Below, one piece after another: positions 35,672-49,618 of a DNA stretch of 64,000 nucleotides. The translations under genes and the position numbers were made by a program. Positions within the stretch are counted from its first letter, which is position 1. Every line of letters begins with the position of its first letter. The notes beneath the pieces were generated by a model, which saw only the letters and a list, made by a program, of their open reading frames with translations, had not been told where the DNA came from and ran no database searches. Origin of the DNA: Macrostomum lignano (taxonomy: Eukaryota); assembly GCA_002269645.1 (NCBI GenBank), contig NIVC01002221.1, positions 62,001 through 126,000 on the forward strand, read 5' to 3'.

Positions 35672-38600
35672 ATGTCCGGACTAGACCCTAAGGATCCGGA
35701 CTTCAAGTACCTCGGCGTGGACCGGAAGGCCCTGCTGAAGGAGATCGGCAATGCCACCTTCGACTCCAAGAAGGTCTGCTGGTGCCCGGACGAGAAGGAG
35801 GGCTACGTAAAGGCGGACGTGATCTCCAGGGAGGGCGGAAAAGTCACCGTCAAGACCGAGAAGGGCGAGGCAAGCTTAACGGATATTCTTTCCTGGTGAT
35901 CATTAAATTTATAACTAAAGGTAGTTTGCTTAACCTTTGAAGCGTCACCAAATTCTAGGAGAAGACCCTGAAGGAGGACGACATCCAGCAGATGAACCCG
36001 CCCAAGTTCGAGCTCTTCGAGGACATGGCCAACTTGACCTTCCTGAACGACGCTTCGGTGCTGCACAACCTTCGGCAGCGCTACTACAAACTGCTCATCT
36101 ACGTGGGTTCACTAAATTTAAATTTAAAATCGAAAGCAAAATGTCAAGAAAAAAGTCAAGAAAAGAGCAGTTTTACATGTACAAAAAAGACAAAATACAA
36201 AATTTCAATAAGACTAATAAGTGAATCCACAAAGATGCTTCAGTCTCCAGTTGACTCGCTTCGACTCAACTTTGATTGCAGACCTACTCGGGCCTGTTCT
36301 GCGTAGTGGTGAACCCCTACAAGCGCCTGCCGATCTACACCAACAGCGTGGTGATGAAGTACAAGGGCAAGCGGAAGACCGAGATGCCGCCGCACGCCTT
36401 CGCCATCTCTGACAACGCCTATTCGAACATGTTGCAGGGTGAGATAAAACAAAATTTCCGGCTTTTACTATTTAACGAATCATTGCGGGGTTTGAATTTT
36501 AACAAAAAATATCTCTTATTCCAGAGCGCGAGAACCAGTCTGTGCTGATCACGTAAGAATTTTTTGTTTTAATTTAACTTGGACCTAATACGACAAATCT
36601 TTTTAATTTTATATTTAACAGAAATTTCAATACGTTTTTATTTGGTTTTCCGCTTGAAACTCGATAGCTATCAGATTTAATAATTAGCTTTGCTTTCGCC
36701 AAACAATGCTTATATTTACCGTGTATACCATGAGAAGTAGTTCATTGCTACTGCAAAATTAGTAGTGCTTATTAATTGCTGTTCAGCATGGCGCATTTGT
36801 GGCCTCCTTGTTAGACAAGAGAACACATTATTTTGTGCCATCTATTTGTGACGCCAAAAAACCGCACACACTAAACCAGTGGCGAGAGCGGTGCCGGTAA
36901 AACCGAGAACACCAAGAAGGTCATCTCGTACTTTGCCCAACTGACGGCTCTCACTCAGTCCAAGGAAGCCGCTGAGAAGGACGCTGACAAGAAGGTTTGA
37001 AGCAAAAACTGAGAAGACGAAAATTGGTCCTTGCCCATCGCGTTTCGAGAACCCTGATTTCCATCCCTTGTTTTCAATCTATTTGAATTGTATTGTCAAA
37101 CCAGCGCATGCTAGGAACATTTACCATATACACTATGAAAGCTAGAGGGAGAGAGGGCACTAGAGATGGTAAGGGGACAGAGATAATGATATTTGACCGG
37201 CAATGTACACTTGGGAGGGTAGGTGATAGAGAGAACGATCTTTGATCGGCAATGTACACTTGGGAGGGTAGGGGATAGAGAGAACGATCTTTGATCGGCA
37301 ATGTACACTTGGGAGGGTAGGGGATAGAGAGAACGATCTTTGACCGGCAATGTACACTTGGGAGGGTAGGGGATAGAGAGAACGATCTTTGATCGGCAAT
37401 GTACACTTGGGAGGGTAGGGGATAGAGAGAACGATCTTTGACCGGCAATGTACACTTGGGAGTGTAGGAGATAGAGAGAACGATCTTTGACCGGCAATGT
37501 ACACTTGGGAGGGTAGGGGATAGAGAGAACGATCTTTGATCGGCAATGTACACTTGGGAGGGTAGGGGATAGAGAGAACGATCTTTGACCGGCAATGTAC
37601 ACTTGGGAGGGTAGGGGATAGAGAGAACGATCTTTGACCGGCAATGTACACTTGGGAGGGTAGGGGATAGAGAGAACTATCTTTGATCGGCAATGTACAC
37701 TTGGGAGGGCAGAGAGAATAGATATTTAATTGAAGCTTGGGCCAACTATAGTAGAGAGCCAGATAGCTAGTGGCTATCTGAAAGGAAAAAATAAAGTAAT
37801 TACATGTAGCTCGATGCTCATAGTACGAGAATTTTCGGACCATGAGACGTATTAGACCTATTTAGCACCTTTCTAAATAAGTAAATAATATTGATTGAGT
37901 AAGCAGCAGCCTTAATCATACCAAACCCTGGTTTTATCTTTATCCTTGACTATTCTGAAGCTACGTGTATTTTTTCTAAACCCTTAAATCAAACCTTGAC
38001 TATACTCGTATGTACGAGCGTAACTGGTGCTGCAGGGATGTGTTTTAACTTGTCTCATACTGATTTGTGCAACATTCCTAAAATCAGAGACCTTTCGGAA
38101 CTTTTCATGACGAAATTTCGAAATGAAAATCTGACCTTTTTACTAAAGTTTTTTTTACCCGATATTTAAACCAAATTATCTGCATGCCAAATTTAACACA
38201 GTTTGATGATTAATTGACCAACCATGAGTCAGGTTTTGCATAGCTCTACCATCCTCTTCCGACGAATCTGCAGGGCAGCCTAGAGGAGCAGATTGTACAG
38301 GCCAATCCGGTGCTGGAGGCCTACGGCAATGCCAAGACGGTCAGGAACAACAACTCGTCCCGTTTCGTAAGTTGAGTTGACAACTGTTAGTCAGTTGGTT
38401 GGCTTTGCGAACTTAACTCAAGCTAATGTCCGCCATCTCTGCAGGGAAAATTTATTCGAATCCACTTCGGCCCAACCGGCAAGATCGCTGGTGCCGACAT
38501 CGAATTCTGTGAGTAGCTATAAATCATAAATCAATCAGAAATCATAAATACCACAGCGTTTCTCATATTTTTTCCCAACGGGCCAATCTCGCCATGCAGA

Positions 38601-41600
38601 CCTGCTGGAGAAGTCGCGCGTCACCTCGCAGATGTCCGGCGAGCGCAACTACCACATCTTCTACCAGCTGCTGTCCGACTACGCCAAGCAGTGGCACGAC
38701 AAGCTGCTGGTCACTTCCGACCCGGCTCTGTACTCCTTCATCAACCAGGGCGAGCTGTCCATCGACGGAGTCGATGACGCCGAGGAGATGAAGCTCACTG
38801 ACGAGGCCATCAACATCCTGGGCTTCTCGAACGACGAGAAGAACGGCATGTTCAAGGCCACCTGCGCCGTCATGAACATGGGCGAGATGAAATTCAAGCA
38901 GAGACCGCGCGAGGAGCAGGCCGAATCCGACGGCACCGCCGAGGCTGAGAAGGTGGCCTTCCTGCTGGGCGTGAACGCCAAGGACTTGCTGCAGGCGATC
39001 CTCAAGCCCAAGGTGAAGGTCGGCAACGACTACGTGACCAAGGGCCAGAGCCTGGAGCAGGTGACGTTCTCCGTGAATGCCTTGGCCAAGTCGTTGTACA
39101 GCCGCATGTTCGCCTGGCTGGTCAACCGCGTCAACCAGACCCTGGACACCAAGGCCAAGCGTCAGTACTTCATCGGTGTGCTGGACATTGCCGGCTTTGA
39201 GATCTTCGACTTCAACGGCTTCGAGCAGATCTGCATCAACTACACCAACGAGCGGCTGCAGCAGTTCTTCAACCACCACATGTTCGTGCTGGAGCAGGAG
39301 GAGTACAAGAAAGAGGCCATCGACTGGGAATTCATCGACTTCGGCATGGATCTTGCCGCCTGCATCGAGCTGATTGAGAAACCCATGGGCATCCTGTCCA
39401 TCCTTGAGGAAGAGTGCATGTTCCCCAAGGCCTCGGACACCACCTTCAAGAACAAGCTGTACGACAACCACCTTGGCAAGTCGCCGAACTTCGGCAAGCC
39501 GAAGCCGCCGAAGCCTGGAAAGGCCGAGGCGCACTTTGAGCTGCACCACTACGCCGGCACGGTCGGCTACAATATCACCGGCTGGCTGGAGCGCAACAAG
39601 GACCCGCTGAACGAGACTGTCATCGGTGTGCTCAGCGCTAGCAAGGAGCACCTGGTTGCTCTGTTCTTCCCGCCGCCGGATGGTGTGTAAATCTTATATA
39701 CTAAATTTATCTGCTAGAATCCGGTGAACGTGTGGTAGTCAAAATAAATTATCTCGTTTTACTTTCAGAGGGTGCGGAAAAAGCCGGCAAGAAGCGCAAG
39801 GGAGGCGGCATGCAGACCATCTCCGCTACTCACCGCGTAAGTTGTTGTTATTGCCGTGTCTCTTCAACTATTTGAACCATGATTTCTCATTTACGCAGCA
39901 TGTGTAACTCCATGCTTTTCTATTGAAACCGCCCACTTGTAGGAGTCTCTGAACAAGCTGATGAAGAACTTGCACAGCACCTCGCCCAACTTCATTCGTT
40001 GCATCGTGCCGAACGAGTTCAAGCAGACCGGCGTTGTCGACGCTCACCTCGTGCTGCACCAGCTGCACTGCAACGGTGTGCTCGAGGGCATCCGTATCTG
40101 CCGAAAGGGCTTCCCCAACCGCATGATCTACTCCGAGTTCAAGCAGCGGTGAGCAATCGTTAATTACCTATCAATCCCATATGATTACCTATCAATGCTT
40201 TGGTCATTGGAATGAACATCAACTTCCACCCAGATACTCCATCCTGGCCCCCAACGTCATCCCGGAGGGCTTCGTCGATGGCAAGGCCGTCGGTGGCAAG
40301 ATCTTGGAGGCCGTGCAGCTGGACAAGCAGCAGTACCGCCTTGGCAACACCAAGATTTTCTTCAAGGCCGGTGTGCTGGCCGAGCTCGAGGACATCCGCG
40401 ATGAGAAGCTGAGCCGCATCATCGCACTGTTCCAGGCCCAGATCCGCGGCTACGTGATGCGCAAGAAGCACAAGAAGCTGCAGGACCAGCGCACCGCCCT
40501 CAGCATCATCCAGCGCAACGTGCGCAAGCATCTGCAGCTGAAGAACTGGGAGTGGTGGCGCCTGTACCTCAAGGTGAAGCCGATGCTCAACGTTGCCCGC
40601 CAGGAGGAGGAGATGAAGAAGGCCGCCGAGGAGCTTGCCAAGTTCAAGGAGGACTACGAGAAGATGGAGAAGCTGAAGAAAGAGCTCGAGGAGCAGAACG
40701 TGACTCTGCTTCAGCAGAAGAACGACATCTTCCTGCAGCTGCAGGCTGAGCAGGACACCCTGGCCGACGCCGAGGAGAAGATCGAGAATCTCATCAAGCA
40801 GAAGGCCGACTATGAGTCGCAGATCAAGGAGCTAGAAGACCGCCTGCTGGACGAGGAGGACGCCGCCAACGAGCTTGAGGGCGTCAAGAAGAAGATGGAG
40901 GGCGAGACCAACGAGCTAAAGAAGAACATCGAGGACCTGGAGAAGAACCTGCAGAAGGCCGAGCAGGAGAAGCAGAGCAAAGAGAACCAGATCCGCAGCC
41001 TGCAGGATGACATGGCCCGCCAGGACGAGTCCATAGCCAAGCTGCAGAAGGAGAAGAAGGCCCACGAGGAGACCATCAAGCAGACCCAGGAGGCTCTGGC
41101 CGCCGAGGAGGAGAAGGTGAAGAACCTGAACAAGCTGAAGCAGAAGCTGGAGCAGAACCTGGATGAGATGGAGGAGCAGCTGGAGCGGGAGAAGAAGGTC
41201 CGCGCCGACGTTGAGAAGGCGAAGCGCAAGATCGAAGGCGACCTGAAGATGACTCAGGAGACCGTCGAGGACCTGGAGCGGGTGAAGCGCGACATGGAGG
41301 AGCAGATCAAGAGGAAGGACGCCGAGCTGAGCAGCCTGCACAACAAGGTCGAGGATGAGCAGGGCATCATCGCCCAGCTGCAGCGCAAGATCAAGGAGCT
41401 GCAGGCTCGCATCCAGGAGCTGGAGGAGGAGCTGGAGACCGAGCGTCAGGGGCGCTCAAAGGCTGAGAAGCAGCGCCAGCAGGTCGAGGCTGAGCTCGAG
41501 GACGTCGCCGACAAGCTGGAGGAGCAGGGCGGCGCCACTGTCGTTCAGCAGGAGTTGAACAAGAAGCGCGAGGCCGAACTGCTCAAGCTGCGCCGCGAGA

Positions 41601-44600
41601 TGGAGGACAACGTGCTGCAGCACGAGCAGATGGTACAGCAGCTGCGCAAGAAGCAGCAGGATGCCGTCAACGAGCTCTCTGAGCAGGTTGACCAGCTGCA
41701 GAAGACCAAGTCCAAGGTTGAGAAGGAGAAGTCGCAGTTCAAGGCCGAGCTGGAAGATCTGCACTCCCAGCTGGAGCACGTCAGCAAGGCCAAGGCTAAC
41801 GCCGAGAAGAACGCCAAGACCCTGGACGGCCAGTTGAGCGACCTGCAGGCCCGCCTCGACGAGGCCACCCGACAGATCGGCGACCTGCAGTCGCAGAAGA
41901 ACCGCGCCGCGCAGGAGGGCGGCGAACTCGGCCGCAAGCTGGAGGAGGCCGAGGCCCAGCTCGGCCAGCTGAGCAAGGCCAAGCAGCAGCTCACCCAGCA
42001 GCTGGAGGAGGCCAGGCGCAACCTGGAAGACGAGAGCCGGCTGAAGTCCAAGCTGAGCTCGGACGTGCGCAACCTGAACGCCGACCTGGACCAGATCCGG
42101 GAGCAGCTGGAGGAGGAGCAGGAGGCCAAGTCCGACCTGCAGCGTCAGCTGGCCAAGGCCCAGAGCGAGGCTCAGCAGTGGCGCTCCAAGTACGAGAGCG
42201 GCGGCGGCGGCGGCGGCGAGGAGGTCGAGGAGCTGAAACGCCGCCTGCAATCCAAGCTGCTGGAGGCCCAGGTGAGTCCATTAATTAAGCCAATAAGCAA
42301 ATCTTGGTTTCATCATCTCCCAGCCGCACGGCCGGTTTTCTAATCCTCATCTACCCTCGCTCACCTTCGCCAATCCGCAGGACGAGATGGAGAGTGCCAA
42401 GGCCAAGCTGGCGCAGGTGGAGAAGGCCCGCAACCGCCTGCAGGCCGAACTGGAGGACGCCACCGTCGACCTCGAGCGCTCCACCCTGCTGGCCTCTCAG
42501 CTGGAGAAGAAGCAGAAGAACTTCGACAAAACCCTGGCCGAGTGGCAGCAGAAGTACCAGAGCGCCCAGTCCGATCTGGAATCGACGCAGCGGGAATCCC
42601 GCGGCTATTCCGCCGAGATCTTCAAGCTGAAGGCTCAGCTGGAGGAGGCCCGCGACCAGACCGAGGCGGTTAGGCGAGAAAACAAGAGTCTTGCCGATGA
42701 GATCCGCGACCTTACTGAGCAGCTGGGCGAAGGTGGCCGCAACGTGCACGAGGTGGACAAGGCCCGTCGCCGCCTGGAGATGGAGAAGGAAGAGCTGCAG
42801 GCCGCCCTTGAGGAGGCCGAGTCTGCGCTTGAGCAGGTGGGCTTGATTCCAGAGGCATTCTGGCGTTATCTAATTAGAGCCGAGAATAAGAGATTCTACC
42901 TGTGTAATTATGCAGTTATCTATGGCCGAGTTCCACCTGTGTAATTATGCAATTATCTATGGCCGGGTTCCACCTGTGTAATTATGCAGTTATCTATGGC
43001 CGGGTTCCACCTGTGTAATTATGCAGTTATCTATGGCCGAGTTCCACCTGTGTAATCATGCAATTATCTATGGCCGGGTTCCACCTGTGTAATTATGCAG
43101 TTATCTATGGCCGAGTTCCACCTGTGTAATTATGCAATTATCTATGGCAGGGTTCCACCTGTGTAATTATGCAGTTATCTATGGCCGAGTTCCACCTGTG
43201 TAATCATGCAATTATCTATGGCAGGGTTCCACCTGTGTAATTATGCAGTTATCTATGGCCGGATTCCACCTGTGTAATTATGCAGTTATCTATGGCCGAG
43301 TTCCACCTGTGTAATTATGCAGTTATCTATGGCCGAGTTCCACCTGTGTAATTATGCAATTATCTATGGCCGGGTTTCACCTGTGTAAATATGGAATTGT
43401 CTATGGCCGGGTTCCACCTGTGTAATTATGCAGTTATCTATGGCAGGGTTCCACCTGTGTAATTATGCAATTATCTATGGCCGGGTTCCACCTGGAGATT
43501 TTTTGGGAGCAGATTCTCTTCGGAAATTTGGCAGTCTCAATAGAAATATAAAAGCCAAAAATTTGCCCATAACTACTGACAGTAGCCTCGCACTTTTCAC
43601 CAACGAAAATTTCAACATTACACCTCGCCCAGGAGGAGGCCAAGGTAGCCCGCACCCAGCTGGAGCTCGCCCAGGTGCGCCAGGACATCGACCGTCGCAT
43701 CGCTGAGAAAGAGGAAGAGTTCGAGAGCACCAGGAAGAACCACCAGCGCGCCATGGACTCGATGGCCGCCACCGTGGACGCCGAGGCCAAAGGCAAGGCG
43801 GAGGTGCAGCGCCAGAAGAAGAAGCTGGAGCAGGACATCAACGAGCTGGAGGTGGCTCTGGACAGCGCCAACCGGGCCCGCGCCGATGCCGACAAGACCG
43901 TGAAGAAGTACCAGCAGCAGCTGCGCGAGATTCAGGTGAGAGTTGAGACTTTTTTCTTCATTTCTGGCAAGTCTGGCCCCAGATCTGACAAGTCTGGCCC
44001 CAGATCTGACAAGTCTGACCCCAGATCTGACAAGTCTGACCCCAGATCTGACAAGTCTGGCCCCAGATCTGACAAGTCTGGCCCCAGATCTGACAAGTCT
44101 GGCCCCAGATCTGACAGGTCTGACCCCAGATCTGACAAGTCTGACCCCAGATCTGACAAGTCTGACCCCAGATCTGACAAGTCTGACCCCAGATCTGACA
44201 AGTCTGACCCCAGATCTGACAAGTCTGACCCCAGATCTGACAATTCTGACCCCAGATCTGACAAGTCTGACCCCAGATCTGACAAGTCTGACCCCAGATC
44301 TGACAAGTCTGACCCCAGATCTGACAAGTCTGACCCCAGATCTGACAAGTCTGACCCCAGATCTGACAAGTCTGACCCCAGATCTGACAAGTCTGACCCC
44401 AGATCTGACAAGTCTGACCCCAGATCTGACAAGTCTGACCCCAGATCTGACAAGTCTGACCCCAGATCTGACAAGTCTGACCCCAATCTGACTTATTTGA
44501 TTATTTGAATTTATCAGTTTTTCATTTCATGAGCTACTTCACTTACTGCAAGTAGCAATACGCAAATATGCATCAATAGAAATATGCACGCCCCAATCGC

Positions 44601-47293
44601 AGTCGCAAGTGGAAGACGAGCAGCGCCAGCGTGACGAGGCCCGCGAGCAGGCCATGTCGGCTGAGCGCAAGCTCAACATGTTCACCACCGAGCTTGACGA
44701 GCTGCGCACCCAGCTCGAATCCGCCGAACGGGCGCGCAAGGCGGCCGAATCCGAGCGCATGGAGGCCTCCGATCGCATCGGCGAGCTCAGCGCCTCCAAC
44801 GCGTCTCTCAGCGCCACCAAGCGCAAGCTGGAGGCCGACATCAACGCTATGCGCGGCGACCTCGACGAGCAGCACAACGAGGCGCGCAACGCCGAGGAGC
44901 GCGCCAAGAAGGCCGCCATGGACACGCAGCGCCTCGCCGACGAGGTCCGCGTCGAGCAGGAGCACGCGCTGCACGCCGAGAAGGCCCGGCGCCAGATGGA
45001 GAACGCGCTGAAGGAGCTGCAGGCCCGTCTGGACGCGGCCGAGGGCGGCGCTGCCAAGGGCGGCAAGCGCGAGCTGGCCAAGCTGGAGTCGCGGGTGCGC
45101 GACCTCGAGGGCGAGCTGGACGCCGAGCAGCGCCGGCACCAGGAGACGCAGAAGAACGCCAGGAAGTCCGAGCGCCGACTCAAGGAGCTGTCGTTTGCTG
45201 TGAGCAGGGCTGGTCGAGATAAGAATGGGTCATTGGACTTTGAGAGATATGAGGCATTAAACGATGAGGGTCATAAGTCATTGAACACTGAGGGTCATGA
45301 GTCATTGGACACTGAGGGTCATGAGTCATTGGACACTGAGGGTCATGAGTCATTGGACACTGAGAGACATGAGTCATTGGATAATTTGGAGACAGAAGTC
45401 ATTAGACACTGAGGGTCATGAGTCATTGGACACTGAGACATGAGCCATTGGACACTGAGACATGAGTCACTGGACACTGAGACATGAGCCACTGGACACT
45501 GAGACATGAGCCACTGGACACTGAGACATGAGCCACTGGACACTGAGACATGAGCCACTGGACACTGAGACATGAGCCACTGGACACTGAGACATGAGCC
45601 ACTGGACACTGAGACATGAGCCACTGGACACTGAGACATGAGCCACTGGACACTGAGACATGAGCCACTGGACACTGAGACATGAGCCACTGGACACTGA
45701 GACATGAGCCACTGGACACTGAGACATGAGCCACTGGACACTGAGACATGAGCCACTGGACACTGAGACATGAGCCACTGGACACTGAGACATGAGCCAC
45801 TGGACACTGAGACATGAGCCACTGGACACTGAGACATGAGCCACTGGACACTGAGACATGAGCCACTGGACACTGAGACATGAGCCACTGGACACTGAGA
45901 CATGAGTCACTGGACACTGAGACATGAGCCACTGGACACTGAGACATGAGCCACTGGACACTGAGACATGAGCCACTGGACACTGAGACATGAGCCACTG
46001 GACACTGAGACATGAGCCACTGGACACTGAGACATGAGCCACTGGACACTGAGACATGAGCCACTGGACACTGAGACATGAGCCACTGGACACTGAGACA
46101 TGAGCCACTGGACACTGAGACATGAGCCACTGGACACTGAGACATGAGCCACTGGACACTGAGACATGAGCCACTGGACACTGAGACATGAGCCACTGGA
46201 CACTGAGACATGAGCCACTGGACACTGAGACATGAGCCACTGGACACTGAGACATGAGCCACTGGACACTGAGACATGAGCCACTGGACACTGAGACATG
46301 AGCCATTGGACACTGAGACATGAGCCACTGGACACTGAGACATGAGCCACTGGACACTGAGACATGAGTCATTCAGAGACAATCCGCACTGTCAAGTCAC
46401 TACAAAAAATCTTCGCTGCCGTCACTCAACCTGCAGTCGGAGGAGGAGCGCAAGAACCAGGCCAAGCTGCAGGAGCTGGTTGAGAAGCTCCAGTCCAAGG
46501 TCAAGGCCTACAAGCGCCAGGTCGAGGAGGCTGAGGAGATCGCCGCCATCAATCTGGCCAAGTTTCGCAAGGTGCAGCACGACCTGGAGGAGTCCGAGGA
46601 GAGGGCCGAGGTGGCCGAGCAGAGCCTCACCAAGTTCCGCTCCAAGAGCCGCACGAGCGTCAGCGTCACCCGGGGCCCCAGCGCCGCCCCCGCCGGAGGG
46701 GTGAGTCACCGACTGGGCGATGAGTCATGGGGAGTCTGAGGTTGGAGCGATGAGTCATGATGGGGGAATGAGTCATGATGGGGGGAATGAGTGATTATGG
46801 GGAATGAGTCATTATGGGGGAATGAGTCATGATGGGGGAATGAGTCATGATGGGGGAATGAGTCATGATGGGGGAATGAGTCATGATGGGGGAATGAGTC
46901 ATGATGGGGGAATGAGTCATGATGGGGGAATGAGTCATGATGGGGGAATGAGTCATGATGGGGGAATGAGTCATGATGGGGGAATGGGTTATTATGGGGG
47001 AATGAGTCATGATGGGGGAATGAGTCATGATGGGGGAATGAGTCATGATGGGGGAATGAGTCATGATGGGGGAATGGGTTATTATGGGGGAATGAGTCAT
47101 GATGGGGGAATGAGTCATGATGGGGGAATGAGTCATGATGGGGGAATGGGTTATTATGGGGGAATGAGTGATTATGGGGGAATGAGTCATGATGGGGGAA
47201 TCTGACGTAGGAGCGATAAGTAATTTTTGGAATCTAAGATCACTCTCACTTGTGTTTTTTCTTTCTAACTTGCAGTTTTTCGACGACATGTGA
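35672..47293 (+). CDS. Mhc: Muscle myosin II heavy chain, about 1943 aa
   Basis: Exons 35672-35869, 35959-36102, 36282-36438, 36525-36552, 36880-36994, 38274-38366, 38445-38508, 38600-39682, 39769-39836, 39943-40148, 40234-42271, 42381-42836, 43633-43935, 44603-45199, 46437-46700, 47276-47293 (5832 nt, phases consistent). Motifs: P-loop GESGAGKT, switch [16 protein letters not shown], switch [29 protein letters not shown] neck and heptad rod. Confidence 0.97.
37192..37710. repeat. 49-bp minisatellite, myosin intron 5
   Basis: Unit GGCAATGTACACTTGGGAGGGTAGGGGATAGAGAGAACGATCTTTGA(T/C)C. Confidence 0.96.
42894..43495. repeat. 37-bp minisatellite, myosin intron 12
   Basis: Unit CCACCTGTGTAATTATGCA(G/A)TTATCTATGGCCG(A/G)GTT. 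Confidence 0.96.
43968..44490. repeat. 21-bp minisatellite, myosin intron 13
   Basis: Unit CTG(A/G)CCCCAGATCTGACAAGT. Confidence 0.97.
45260..46372. repeat. 22-bp minisatellite, myosin intron 14
   Basis: Unit GACACTGAGACATGAGCCACTG; diverged 24-bp units at the 5' edge (45260-45430). Confidence 0.97.
46750..47200. repeat. 18-bp minisatellite, myosin intron 15
   Basis: Unit ATGAGTCATGATGGGGGA. Confidence 0.96.
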
Positions 47294-47514
47294 GGAGGCC
47301 GTGGACTTTCCCGCTTGGCTCGGGGTTGACACAGCGACCTCGCTCGCCGCTCTGACTCAGACCCTCGCGTTTCGCCTCACCTTTAAACCCTGTAACGTTC
47401 TGTTTTTTTTTTTAAAAAACCTCTTAGACAGTTGCACTGACTCTTAGGCCTCCTCTGTCTACCCCTCTCCGCTCTCTCTCTCCTCCAGTGTGTCGGTCAA
47501 CTAAAATGTAACAA

Positions 47515-47520
47515 AATAAA
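47515..47520 (+). terminator. Candidate polyadenylation signal of myosin heavy chain (second AATAAA at 47624-47629)
   Basis: AATAAA about 220 nt after the stop codon. Confidence 0.55.
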
Positions 47521-48445
47521 TAATTAACACCAGCATAACAACAGGGTTTGGGCGCGCGGTTCTTCTACAAACTCAACTAGCAATTTTGCGGAGAGCAGAG
47601 ACTGGCGTTCGGATGCCAAGCACAATAAAAGTTCATTTCAATTTTGGCACCACTTATCATTTGTTCCACTTTCTTTTGCTAATTTTATTTCTGCTTTTTA
47701 GCAAATCAATTATACAGGGGAGAGAGAGATCTGAGTTAATTCGACCAGTTTGTTATTATTAAACAAATTTTCGTTGCCAAGCAAAACGATGCAGAGTTAG
47801 CTGAATCTCTCTCTCCCCTGGACTCGCCCATCTGGAACGCTCTCTCCCCTCTGCGTGGTCAGAGACTTTGCGGAGAACCCGCAGGTGAACTTTCGCTAGC
47901 AATAAAATCTCAGTTTGTTTAGCAAAATATTGTAGCCCAGTCATAAATTTGGTCAAATGTCACTATTTTAACCCTTCGCTTTGATACCCCACCTCTCTAG
48001 TGAATATTAATTATTACGTACCTAATTAACTCTTTTTCAATTGAATTTTATCGAGTTGTTTTGTTAGCAAAATACAACAGCTGCAGAAAGCGAGCGGTTC
48101 AGCACGGCATACTTTTCTGTTTTGATATTCAATTAAAAAAATAATTCACACTTTATTAATTAGCAATATTCACGCACCGGCCTCGACTATTTAAACAATT
48201 TTTTCTAAGATTTTTTGTCTTTATTATTTTTGCCTTACGTTTTTACGACAGCGGCTTGTTTGCAAGTGCCTCTAAAAGTTAAGCAAAGTGGGTCGGGGTT
48301 AGTTCGCAGCTTATTGTATCAACCAGTTGGAGTCACAGTGAGCGAATGACGTAAATGGAATCAATATTTGCAGGAGGTCGTTTGGCATCACATCGGCTCA
48401 CAGTTAGCGATGACGGCAATTCTGCTGACTACTGAGCTCAAACAC

Positions 48446-49410
48446 GAGTAGATTCGGAGTAGATTCAGAGTAGATTCGGAGTAGATTCGGAGTAGATTCG
48501 GAGTAGATTCGGAGTAGATTCGGAGTAGATTCGGAGTAGATTCGGAGTAGATTCGGAGTAGATTCGGAGTAGATTCGGAGTAGATTCGGAGTAGATTCGG
48601 AGTAGATTCAGAGTAGATTCGGAGTAGATTCAGAGTAGATTCTGAGTAGATTCGGAGTAGATTCGGAGTAGATTCGGAGTAGATTTAGAGTAGATTTCGA
48701 GTAGATTCGGAGTAGATTCAAAGTAGATTCGGAGTAGATTCAGAGTAGATTCGGAGTAGATTCGGAGTAGATTCGGAGTAGATTCGGAGTAGATTCAGAG
48801 TAGATTCGGAGTAGATTCAGAGTAGATTCCGAGTAGATTCGGAGTAGATTCGGAGTAGATTTGGAGTAGATTCGGAGTAGATTCAGAGTAGATTCGGAGT
48901 AGATTCGGAGTAGATTCGGAGTAGATTCAGAGTAGATTCGGAGTAGATTCGGAGTAGATTCGGAGTAGATTCGGAGTAGATTCGGAGTAGATTCGGAGTA
49001 GATTCGGAGTAGATTCGGAGTAGATTCAGAGTAGATTCAGAGTAGTTTTGGAGTAGATTCATAGTAGATTCAGAGTAGATTCGGAGTAGATTCAGAGTAG
49101 ATTCGGAGTAGATTTGGAGTAGATTCAGAGTAGATTTAGAGTAGATTCAGAGTAGATTCATAGCAGATTCATAGCAGATTCGGAGTAGATTCAGAGTAGA
49201 TTCATAGTAGATTCAGAGTAGATTCGGAGTAGATTTATAGTAGACTCCGAGTAGATTCTGAGTAGATTCGGAGTAGATATGATGTAGATTCAGAATAGAT
49301 TAAGGATAGATCTGAGATAGATTAAAGGGTAGATCTGAGATAGATTAAAGGGTAGATTCAGAGTAGATTAAGGGGTGAATTCCAAGTGGATTGTAAGTAG
49401 ATTCAGAGTA
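48446..49410. repeat. 11-bp minisatellite, degenerating at its 3' end
   Basis: Unit AGATTC(G/A)GAGT. Confidence 0.96.
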
Positions 49411-49618
49411 CATTCAGGCATATTCGTCTGCATTTGCAGTAGGCTCATACAGTCGCAGATTTGATTGAATTTTGTTTAAAACTAAACAAGCAGTAAGCAT
49501 TGACACCAATTGATTCCAAAAGCAGATCAACTTTGGCGTATTAATCAGAGGACAAACTCGCATAATCTTTTTAATGTCATCATTTTTTGCAGAATCTGCT
49601 TCCACGGCGGTGCCAAGC

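Noticed and set aside
38563-45183. Minus-strand ORFs overlapping myosin (38563-39651, 41456-42250, 44573-45139 etc.)
   Set aside because: Antisense shadows of GC3-rich coding exons.
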